A program made the translations under genes and the position numbers. DNA of 64,000 nucleotides from NCBI GenBank assembly GCA_002633005.1, contig NMRA01000337.1, positions 372,001-436,000 of the forward strand. The letters are read 5' to 3'. The notes beneath the pieces were generated by a model. It was not told where the DNA came from, made no database searches, and worked only from the letters and a program-made list of their open reading frames with translations. Positions 13,140 to 24,173 of the stretch are shown here, one piece after another. The stretch's first letter is position 1, and the number at the start of each line of letters is the position of its first letter. The stretch comes from Phoronis australis. Taxonomy: Eukaryota; Animalia; Phoronida.

Positions 13140-13730
13140 ATTGTCAATGGTAATTAAGTCATATTTATGGTCAATGGTAATCAAGTCATATTTATGTTAA
13201 ATGGTCAATGGTAATCAAGTCTTTTTCATGGTAAATGGTACCCAAGTCATATTTATAGTAAATAGTCAATGGTAATAAAGTCCTTTTTATGCTAAATGGT
13301 AATCACGTCATATTTATAGTAAATGGTCAATGGTAATCAAGTCTTTTTAATGGTAAATGGTAATCAAGTCCTATTTATGGTAAATGGTCAATGGTAATCA
13401 AGTCCTTTTCATAGTAAATGGTAACCAAGTAATATTTATAGTAAATGGTCAATGGTAATTAAGTCCTTTTTATGGTAAATGGTAACCAAGTCATATTTAT
13501 AGTAAATGGTAAATGGCAATCAAGTTCTTTTTATGGTAAATTGTCAATGGTCACCAAGTCCTTTTTATGGTAAATGGCCAATGGTAAGCAAGTCCTTTTT
13601 ATGGTAAATGGTCAATGGTAATGAAGTCACTTTTATGGTAAATTGTCAATGGTAATCAAGTCCTTTTTATGGTAAATGGTAATCAAGTCACTTTTATGGC
13701 AAATTGTCAATGGTAATTAAGTCATTTTTG
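13140..13730. repeat. Minisatellite, ~26-34 bp units (gtcaatggtaatcaagtcctttttatggtaaatg)
   Basis: Visible tandem array. Confidence 0.95.
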
Positions 13731-15164
13731 CAAGAAGGCAGGCCAGCAGAAAGTAAATAGAAGCATTCTCTGCACTAGCATTAGAAAGATCTCAGGGCAA
13801 CAAGTAGCCATTCAAAATAGTAGCATGATGCGGACATTTTGGACTAAATGATGCAATAAACCCAACTTTCGAATTACGGTTGTGTAGGACTCTTCAAATT
13901 TAGCTATCCTAAAAAAACTTTATCTCAGAAATGGCTCATCAGATTCATATGAATGGCTCATCAGATTCATATGAAACTGAGATACTAAGCTTTATGCACT
14001 GTTCTCCAAAATGATGAGATTCCTTTCAAATTCATTCACTTTTCCATAAGCAGTTATAAAAATATGACATTTATGATATTTATAAAAAAGGAAAATTGCA
14101 TAAAAAGAAAGCAAAATGACAAATTGGAGATCTCATATAGAACATTCAGCAAATTTGTTATTGACACCATTTTTCATATATTGTACGGTAACCTTTCTTA
14201 TCTGCTAAATGTTAATAAAAATTGCCAATTGGTATATAAAGTCAAAGCAAAATTTTACAGGATTTCTACTTTCAAAAATGCGAACTTTTCTTGAGTAAAA
14301 TTCTTTGCAGAAATAAGGCTGAATGCGGAGAATTGTGGATAGCGTCTTCCATAACTTTAAGCCACTTAATGAACAATGCAATATTGGTCTCCTTATTAAG
14401 ATTAGAAATGATTTGAAGATTTGAGAAGAGTTGACAGGTCATAATTGCTTCAAACTAGTCCCATTAAGCCGCTTGTCACAACGGGTTAGTTTTAGTCACC
14501 CAGACAGGGAATTCTAAGCGATTTATTATAAGAAATTTTATTTCAAACAATGGCTCAACATAATGCCTTGTAATACATAGTAAACAAGATGACATTTTTA
14601 ACAACAGGACATGATTTGCAGCAACAATTCTTTTTTTTCACAATACGTGTTTCAGACGTTCATTTACAAGAGCTTCAAAAAAATTAATTTGTACCCAAAT
14701 CCCTGTAGTTGGCATGACCGGTCTCACTAGGGGCCACTGCTATCGTCAACAACTTAAAGGGCAGTGTCATCACTAATATTTGCAAATAATCACCAGTCGT
14801 ATTAGAAATAAGTTTTATATCAATTTTCGCAAGAAAATGTTTTCAAATTGTTACATTAAAAAAATCTTAGTGCGCATGAGATGTATCAGTGCTACCTCGC
14901 AATTACTTCGTTTACTGCAATGCCATTTAACTACCAAAGATGGTGTGAACGGTTCAATTAACTTCACAGTTGACATCGTTGCTCCGCTGATACCGGAGTT
15001 AAAGTTAGTAGGAAAGGGTCTTTAGAGGTCAGTACATAAACTCAAATAACATTATTGCCAAACGAAAACAAAAGAGCAATTACCAATAATTTTAAAAGCT
15101 CAACATGCTGGCCAAAATTGAAAGAGAGCCTGATCATGAAACAGAAAAGGTGGTAATTTGGAAA

Positions 15165-15485
15165 ATACACCACAGCACTGACTTACCATGATTGAAATGA
15201 CTAGGCAGTTTGACTAAGTATACACCAGCACTGACTTACCATGACTGAAATGACTAGGCAGTTTGACTAAATATACACCAGCACTGACTTACCATGATTG
15301 AAATGACAAGGCAGTTTGACTAAATATACCCCAGCACTGACTTACCATGATTGAAATGACTAGGCAGTTTGACTAAATATACACCAGCACTGACTTACCA
15401 TGATTGAAATGACTAGGCAGTTTGACTAAATATACCCCAGCACTGACTTACCACGATTGAAATGACTAGGCAGTTTGACTAAATA
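15165..15485. repeat. 53-bp tandem repeat, about 6 copies
   Basis: Unit cagcactgacttaccatgattgaaatgactaggcagtttgactaaatatacac. Confidence 0.95.
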
Positions 15486-17845
15486 ACCATTTTGAAATAT
15501 ATGCATAAAACATTTAAAGAGAGCCAACATGTACTGACAATAAAGGTCATTGCTGAGACAACAATGATGAAAATAATAATGGCGCAGAACCAGTAGCGTG
15601 CTGAGGTTTGGTGATGCTTGGGGGCGATTTTTTAATGGATGCCCCCTTTTCTCTACTCAAATGCATGGACCCCAGTACTAAGAAAAGTTAAGAAAGATGA
15701 AACATGAAACAGAAATTTTATTCAATTTAACTACAAATCAGCTACAATTTCAAAAAGTTTATTCATTTTGATCAGATGCCCCCCATGTGGATGCCTGGGT
15801 CAGTTGCCCTGTCGCCCACACCCCTTCTACAAGGAACATAAGACTACAGCCCTGACTATTTGTGATCATGTTTGTCATCTGGAAAGTACACATGTACTGA
15901 GTACAAATAACCCATATGTTGAACCATAAGCAAAAGAGAGGTGCAACTTCTTAGTTTTACAGGCTCACGCAAGGTGGTGCTGTAGTATGTCACTGACATA
16001 CAGTGTCTAGCAAAAATAGACAACTGGTCTCAGTAACTGTGATAACATGCACACACACCATTTCATTTATTATAGGCAGTACAAGTGTGTCTAACTGGCT
16101 GGAAGTAAAAAAACACCAGCACAACGTACATGACAATTACATGTGGGTACACGTTTCGTATCGTCATACGATTTTGACATTTTGGACCCACCCAAATAAA
16201 ATCTTAATGTCTACGTTAAAAATTACAATAATAGTAAGGCCACATTTTACATTACGTATACTAAAAGGCTATGGACCAGACCAATCTAAAACCTTCTCAA
16301 CTCCCCAGGAGCATACAATGGATGCAACCCTTGTCAGTGCATACCGAGAACTCCAAACACAAATACTGTAAAAGTTTCTGATAACATGATTATTTTAAAG
16401 AGAAAGATATCCAAGAGTGAAATTTTTGGCAATGTGATGTGACTGCATTTCTATTGCTATTGTGGGCCAAATGGTGTTGTGATAACACATGACACATTAT
16501 CTAAGCATTAGTATTGCAAACAGTGAGAGCACAAAACTAGATTATAGAGTGAAATATCAATTATTCAAGACTCGCTGTGTTAAAACCAACTTGAAAGTCA
16601 AAATATTATCTGTATCCATACACACACACCTGACATAAGATTAAGGTTAGGTTAACAGCTATTGTATAAAACAACACAGAATATTACATCATGACCTATC
16701 ACTACCTGGGGTGGATTTAGGCTACTGCCTACAGGCACTGGGCGGTTACTGCTACACAAACTACACGTAACGATAACAGCAATATACCACATGAGATGAG
16801 AGAGGCTCTTGTTAACCTCAAAGTCACCCATCATGACACAAGGATACACCACAGCAAATTGAATTACAGGCTCATGTATCTATACAGATGGCAATCATAG
16901 TAAACGTTATAGATGAAACTACGAATAAACAAATTCACGAAAAGACATTTGTGCTTGCCAAGAAGTCCACTTTAAAATACCATACAAGATCATGTCAATG
17001 TGTCAACAGTCTTCATTTTAAAGGCGAAGGCAACCTTTTTCCATGTCATTTTGAGCTAAAATAAGGTTGGTTGGTTATCCTAGACATATTTTCCACTTAA
17101 TTACAGCTTTTCGTAATTTTACAAATTACTCGTCCGCTACTCCGGAAGTGACGTTTTAGGAGGCAAGCGTTTCCCGCCACTTGGTTTTGCGTTGACTTTA
17201 CCGTGCGAATCTGTTCTATTCTACTTTTGTTTTGTGCTGTTTTTCAACAATTGTCGCCACCACTTTCCATCNCTGCCCTAAATTACTCAACCGTATCCAG
17301 TAAGTATCGTGACATGGTGTTGAAGAATAACTCTGCATGATGCAGGCTAACTCTACATGATGCGGGCAATGTGAGCCCCCAAGGTACGTCATTAGAGCAA
17401 AGATCATCTATTTGTACAATGTTTTGTTTTCACAACTAGTTGTCAATGAATACAACTGCACTTTGTTCAGCGTATATGATGTTCTAACAGCATTGTCGTT
17501 TAGTTCCTGCTATTCATTAGTATAGTTAGGATGAAACAGGCTGAAGCCGTTGGTAAAACTGGTTTTTAGCTGGAAGTTAAGACAAAAGCCAATATAGACT
17601 TATTGAGAAACACGCCCAGAGAAAACTTAAGCATGCATTTCACTCAGGTCAACTTGACAAACGCAACTGAGGATGTTTATCAAAAGAGAGGTCAACGTAT
17701 CAAATATAATTTAAATTTATAAGAACTTATGCACAATTACAATCTTTGTCTAGCAAATATACTGAAGGTTGGGAAATTAAAAACAGAATCTGCAACCACT
17801 TGAATGTCTACAACGTGTAAATTAGTAACTAGGTAGTAAATTTAC

Positions 17846-18002
17846 CTGGAAGACCGTGACAAAAGCCCACAACAAGCTATCAAAGTTCGGCCGCGAACAA
17901 TGACACTGGCTGGTTAAGGTTGAATTACGAACAGCACAGTCACAGCTAGATCCGTCTGGAAGCTGGCAAAATTTCCCGCCAAACAAACTCATACCTAGAA
18001 CG
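17846..18002 (-). CDS. Cav3: Cav3 exon 12b, long five-cysteine domain II turret ([52 protein letters not shown])
   Basis: 157 nt, phase 2/0, donor CAG|gtaaat; C...CxC...CxC pattern typical of invertebrate exon 12b. Confidence 0.95.
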
Positions 18003-18610
18003 CTACCACCAGCCATGCAAAAGAAAACAACACAATTGCCAGTGAACGAACACAAACCATCAGTTTGAAGTGTAACTAGAACCCAGCCGTATTCCACTCT
18101 ACGTATTGTGGATAGGAGGGAAGGTCAATAAAGGCATAATACAACATATTGCAAGGTGTTTTGTCCACAAAGTAAAAAATTTTCCCAAATTTTTTTGGAA
18201 ACTGTATGAATTAACTACTGCAGTTTTGGAGAAAATATTGCAAGCATTATGCAAACCATCAAAAATTAACCATGGCACAGTTGTTTTGTTCAAAATGCTG
18301 CTTTTTTAACATCCCCTGTACCAGCGAGTAGGAATACGGCCACGGGCGCTACAGCAAGTAATTCTACATCTGAAAGCACAGCATGGTGACTAAAGGCAGG
18401 ATTATCGTGAGATACCAGGGATACTACATGGTTCTAGAGCCAGCTTCTCTCTGTTAGAACGGTCCATGCTTCATGTTTCTAGCTTGGCAAAGTTTTTTCT
18501 TTGACTTCTCCAAGCCAACGCTAGAAACGTGAATGGCCATGCATGAAACAATGAAAGGGGGATGGGCTATATACATGCAGGGTATAAGCGGCCTAGTCAC
18601 TTGGGTATAC

Positions 18611-18728
18611 CTGGAATACTGTTACTATCGCCCATAACAAGGAGTCAAAGTTGGCGCGACTTCTCCTTTTGCGACCATCGTATGTCATCCGGTCAAATTT
18701 GCATCCAAATAGGTTCATGCCTAATATA
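18611..18728 (-). CDS. Cav3: Cav3 exon 12a, short domain II turret ([39 protein letters not shown])
   Basis: Not in the ORF track; read by hand. 118 nt, acceptor tctctctacag, donor CAG|gtatac, phase 2/0, paralogous to 17846-18002. Confidence 0.95.
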
Positions 18729-19451
18729 CTGTAGAGAGATAGTGTCAGTTGGAGAGAGGGCACCAGGTTATATTAAGGTTATGAGTAATGCTAAAAAAAC
18801 ATCCTAATTTGGCGATCTTCGCAATATGATACATTAGAAAAAACAGTTAGAAATAACTGTTTTAAAAAATTTCGAAAGTTGCAACTTTTACAACGTTATT
18901 GAAGAAACTCAACAAGAGCATAAAACTAATTAAAATAAATGTTTATAAAACTTTGGTAACTATGTGCAATGAAATTAGGTCCTGGCCTAGATTTGGTGTT
19001 TCCATAAAGCTATTTTATCGTAATAAACTCAAGCATTCCCACTCTGGTCGAGTCAAATAACGTGAGTGAGGAAAATCCCATTCAAACCAGTTCTATAGTG
19101 TGACCAGTTTGATGTCTCTGAGTTTGCATCAAGGCAGCCATTTTGCATTATGACTATGAATGCCTTCTTTTAAAATTTTAAGAAGCATGGAGATATAATC
19201 CAGTCAATGGCAGATTGGTATAATGTTGAAAATTGAATTTTAGACACTTTTTTTTCCACAAAATATACACTTTTATTGAGTTAAATTATATAGTTTGAAG
19301 GTAGCTAAATGCACAGTCTTACTCATAACCTTAAGTTAGTAATTGGGGATTAGAAAGTTGAGTCTTGGGTACTGTAAACAGTGTACAAGAGTTACCATTA
19401 ACTATTACCACATATGGTAATTAGCCTACCATGAGGTTAAATAGTGTTTAA

Positions 19452-20069
19452 GGATATCTCAAACCTTATTAAAAAATTGGCTGTTTTTAGAATATTTCAC
19501 ACATGTTTAGCAAAAACACCTAATCTTCATTCTCGGAGAGCTTACAATATGAAAAAAGATTTAGAAACACCGGTAATCTGACGTTTTGCGGTTTTCTTGT
19601 GATCTAGTGCTCACGGCACGCGTTCACCAGATACTCGATTTCTATTCTACATTTAACTTGGTTTCTTTCAGTCTCCCTGCCACCTGCTTCAGCATGTGGT
19701 GCGTACTACAGTGTACTGTTGACCTATTTTAAAAGGTCAAGAGATATACTCCTCCCCCTGACCTACTTTCACTCATTCATTGTCAAGTGACTTAACAAAA
19801 TTAGTGACAATTCAGTCGGCATCATGAGTGAATGTTGAAATAGACCAAGGGGTTACTTTGCTATGAATATACATTTAAAAATAGAATTTTGACCTAAAAA
19901 ACTTGGCAACATAATACTAATAACAGCACATGAATAAAAACATATTTTTATAATATCCGAATGTTTTTCTTTCAGAAAATGTATACGTTTACTAGTAATA
20001 ATATGTTGACATTGCCTGTTATTTGAATATCACTTAGAATGGAGTTCACTAAATAAGGATGAGATAACC
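19452..20069. mobile_element. MITE with TTAA target duplication (Kolobok-like)
   Basis: TTAA|GGATATCTCAAACCTTATT...AATAAGGATGAGATAACC|TTAA imperfect TIRs; related ends at 51910 and 53463. Confidence 0.65.
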
Positions 20070-20404
20070 TTAATGTCAGATATTAAACTTAGCCAACATC
20101 AAACGGGAATTGGCTCGTGAGAATAATGGACAAAAGATTCGATGAATTTGATGAGTAAACACAATTTGACATTAAAAACACGAGCAAATTTTACTCTCTT
20201 TAATTAACATTCCTGTTAAAAAATGAAGTTTTTTAATAATACAATAAAAGTTCTGCTACAAGTGTAGTCACATAAATATAATGTTAAACTACACGATTTC
20301 ATGTGGATGAATGTTATTAACCTAACTAGGCACAACCTTGGTTAATAACATTCACCCACATGAAACACGAGTAGTTTAACATAATTTTTATACGCATACA
20401 AATA

Positions 20405-20586
20405 TACACACACACACCACGTGTCACACACACCAAGCGTCACGCACACCACGCGTCACGCACACCACGCGTCACGCACACCAAGCGTCACGCACACCAA
20501 GCGTAACNCACCAGAAAGACAAAACTATTTGATCAAAGGCGACTTTATATATACACACACGCACACGCACACGCACACGCACACGC

Positions 20587-20617
<31 letters not shown>

Positions 20618-20618
20618 T
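20405..20618. repeat. CA/CACG-rich micro- and minisatellites
   Basis: (cacaccaagcgtcacg)n, (cacacg)n, (ca)n. Confidence 0.9.
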
Positions 20619-21010
20619 ATTTAACTTATAAACCACCTTTCTGACAGCTGTCATACAATAACGATGTCACAAGACCATACAATAACCAGGTTATTACACA
20701 GGCAACTAACACAGTTATTGTATGGACGTCTTAAGACATATGTGGTATACTTATATCACGACACAGTACATGGAAACCCATGGTTAAATAAAAAGCAACA
20801 TTTTCAATCTAGAACAATTAATTTGTAGCACAGAAAGGAAATCCATTCAAACTTCCTGAATTCCTTCTACAGATAATGTTTTCCAAAATTTTTATCATTT
20901 CTACATGGCAACTTGCACGTTTCTTTAAGTAAATGAATTTAAAACACTAAACCATATGGATACAACATGAAAACAACAACCTAGGGGCACTAAAGCTTAT
21001 ATATCCTCAC

Positions 21011-21196
21011 CTGAAGATGAACATAAATAAGACTAATAAGACGAAGAAGGTGGCCACATTGTCCATAGTTCTCACCATCACCACCAGCTGGCGCTTCAAG
21101 GCTGGCATGAAACGCACCAACTTGAGAATACGCAGCAAGCGGAACGTTCGCAACACAGACAGACCACTGTTACTGCCCAAGAAGAGCTCTACCAAG
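21011..21196 (-). CDS. Cav3: Cav3 exon, IIS3-S4-S5 ([63 protein letters not shown])
   Basis: S4 voltage sensor; phase 2/2; donor AG|gtgag. Confidence 0.97.
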
Positions 21197-21659
21197 CTAG
21201 AAGTAACATGTGGAGTTGGTAACATGTGGAGTTGAACAAACTGATTAATGAGCAAAACTTGTCTCATGTTACCAAGGTAACAGAAACACCAAGGTAACAG
21301 AAACACCAGTCTGGTATACAACTCTCAAGCTGCTATTAACCTATCTTGCATCAACAAACTCTTGATCAAGACAATTCACCAAAATGGTCTCAACATGTTC
21401 TGTACTCAGATTAGAAGTGATTTGTGGGTTTGAAAAGAACTGACAAATTGCTATTGCCGACACCAGGTGGACACATCAATAAGGGTTGTTATATCATTAT
21501 GGACAGTGAGTGATGCACAAGTTTTCCATGAGTTGTTGACACTGTTACACTGAGTTGTGATTTGCTGATTGTTAGCCAATCCTGTCCTGGTATCTTTGTG
21601 AGTTAGCCATCGTGGCACCCATTCTGTGAATAAAGCTAGACAATGGTGGATGTTTTACT

Positions 21660-21750
21660 GCTGAAACATGTCGCTGAAACATGTCGCTGAAACATGTCAC
21701 TGAAACATGTCGCTGAAACATGTCGCTGAAACATGTCGCTGAAACATGTC
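21660..21750. repeat. 13-bp tandem repeat (gctgaaacatgtc), about 7 copies
   Basis: Visible tandem array. Confidence 0.9.
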
Positions 21751-21949
21751 ACTACATTGTAGAAAAGTTAATTGTCATTATTCAATTTGTTATTAAGTTA
21801 GGAAACGAGAATAGATGTACGTTAATATTACTTATATTTGATTTGTTAATTGTTACTGTCACATTCGGAAGTGTCAACTATGCCCCATTCAGGCTGGGTA
21901 CAGATTCTTATATTATTGGTGTTAATGACCAGAGTAAACAAACACTTAC

Positions 21950-22101
21950 CTAATGACAACAATGACAGCATCAAACAAGTTGAAGCCATTACTGATGTAG
22001 CCAAAGAAACCTTCAGCCAAGATCTTAAGTATCATCTCAAGGACAAATATCACGGTGAAACATATATTACTGTACTCTATAGCCATTGTCAGTTCCTTGG
22101 G
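21950..22101 (-). CDS. Cav3: Cav3 exon, IIS2-S3 ([51 protein letters not shown])
   Basis: Acceptor tttcag phase 0, donor AG|gtaag phase 2. Confidence 0.97.
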
Positions 22102-22221
22102 CTGAAACAACACAAAAATAACAGGATACACAATATGCATTAAATGTAGAGCATAAAAACAAAGTTTTTGAATAGAAACAGCAAGAAGGCAAACAGCTAT
22201 AGCAGTAAGAGCATCAACTTA

Positions 22222-22502
22222 GTGTCAGTCTTGCCATATGCGTGTGTCAGTCTCGCCATATGCGTGTGTCAGTCTCGTCATATGCGTGGGTCAGTCTCGC
22301 CTTATGCGTGTGTCAGTCTCGACATATGCGTGTGTCAGTCTCTCCATATGCGTGGGTCAGTCTCGCCATATGTGTGTGTCAGTCTCGCCACATGCGTGTC
22401 AGTCTCGCCATATGCGTGTGTCAGTCTCGCCATATGCATGTGTCAGTCTCACCACATGCGTGTCAGTCTCGCCGTATGCTTGTGTCAGTATCGCCATATG
22501 TG
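22222..22502. repeat. 20-22 bp minisatellite (atatgcgtgtgtcagtctcgcc)
   Basis: Visible tandem array; explains the repetitive ORFs here. Confidence 0.95.
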
Positions 22503-23923
22503 TAGCTACGATAAAATCTCAATGCAAATCATAATAGTGGACACAATGCGGCAGACAAGGCTAAGTTCTTTTTTTCACTAAAGAAATGTTTCATCATTTG
22601 AAAGGTACATTTGAAAGGTGCATAGCACAGCTGATATTTTGAGAAACTGTTATCCTTCACAACTGCAGTGTCAGAGGCTTTATTGCAACTGTGCTTCTTC
22701 ACAACTACAGTGTCAGAGGCTTTATTGGAAAAGATCAGTTTTGGCAAGTAACAATAAATCCTGGTCAGATCATATCTAGACTGACTGGGCTGCGCTGTTA
22801 AAAATAAAAGATAAGTCAAAAAATGTTTGAACATAAACCAGTAACAATTCTGAATTCCTCGTCAAATGCTGATCATGTTTTTGAATTACTAAAATCACCC
22901 AAGTACAACCAAAGTTAATTAGAGAATCTGTCCAAACCCACATTACAGTTTCACTAACTCTTTATGGCCATTCCCACTGGCTCTGAACACTTAACTTTGG
23001 TCTTTAATCAAACTTAACAGCGCAAGTTAACTCTGAAGTAAAGAGGTGGTTTTAACAGCTACAATGGGAACCCACAACTTCAATGTCATTGGGGTTATTG
23101 GCAGGGGTCAGTGCCTGCGCTTGCCAACAGCGAGCAGTGACTGGTTAATATTTCTTAATATTTTGTTATATTATCTATTATTTTGGCAGTGTCAGCATGC
23201 CCTTTCATTTTATCCATGTGTTGGTTGAATTGTTTACTACAAAAAATCACTGAACGTATGGGGTACACAAAATGAGTTCCCATCACACCTTCTTTGTTCA
23301 GATCAACTGTTAGCCTACTTGAGAGTCAATGTTTTAATATGCCACCTTCCTGTGCATCACAATCTTACCAACATGGTGATCATTGCCTTGAAAAGTTGGG
23401 GAGAGGGCGAGGTGCTTCCCATATTTGTTGGCAAGCACAAAAACAGCAAAGCATATGACTGACGGTCATATTAGCTCCACCTAGCGATAACTTTGCTTAA
23501 CTAGATTTTTTAATAACTTTGAAGACGATGGGAACACTAACGCTTATCTTTGCGGTTAATTATACTTAACATCGAAACTTGGATAGTAGTGGGGAGTTAA
23601 CTATATGGTAAAGGGTCTATTGAAACATGGTAAATAAGTGGCCTGCATGTTTTCATACCAGGCAAAAGACTGGACACAGTAGCTAACAAAGGAGCAAGAT
23701 GTTATCAGATGTTCACAATCAGAACAAGTCTGGTTAGGTCATTGAGCAGGAGAACACCCTGATGATTAGTGTGATCTACATAATTATGATATTGGCAAAC
23801 TTGTAAGATACAAAAGCCATGCTTGTAATATCCCTAGTTAAATGTCTGACCACAAATAATGACTTCCAAATCTATTGCCTTGGTGTGATGCAGTATATCT
23901 AATATAGTCTACAAGTCAGAATT

Positions 23924-24082
23924 ACCTGCTTATGGTACTCAATACCCAAAAACTCAAAGTGAGTTACCTGCTTATGGTACTCAATACCCAAAAACTCAAA
24001 GTGAGTTACCTGCTTATGGTACTCAATACCCATATACTCAAAGTGAGTTACCTGCTTATGGTACTCAATACCCATACTCAAA
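23924..24082. repeat. 42-bp tandem repeat spanning the Cav3 IIS1 exon end and its splice donor (four donors)
   Basis: acctgcttatggtactcaataccca repeated at 42-nt spacing. Confidence 0.95.
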
Positions 24083-24173
24083 GTGTTGATGAGAATAGCC
24101 ACAAGTATGCCATATCTGAAGCCTTTGCTGTCAACGAACGTCTTCAAGTAGGGACGATACTTCTTCCAACAAG
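24052..24173 (-). CDS. Cav3: Cav3 exon, IIS1 (CWKKYRPYLKTFVDSKGFRYGILVAILINTLSMGIEYHKQ)
   Basis: Matches Cav3 IIS1 consensus; phase 1/0; further in-frame donors would end the exon at 24010, 23968 or 23926. Confidence 0.95.

Noticed and set aside
21640-21760. gaaacatgtc repeats flanked by acaatg/cattgt, resembling a minimal hammerhead
   Set aside because: The CTGANGA core is missing; reported only as a tandem repeat
22168-22581. Several overlapping ORFs with repeated peptides (also 61906-62377)
   Set aside because: Translations of minisatellites
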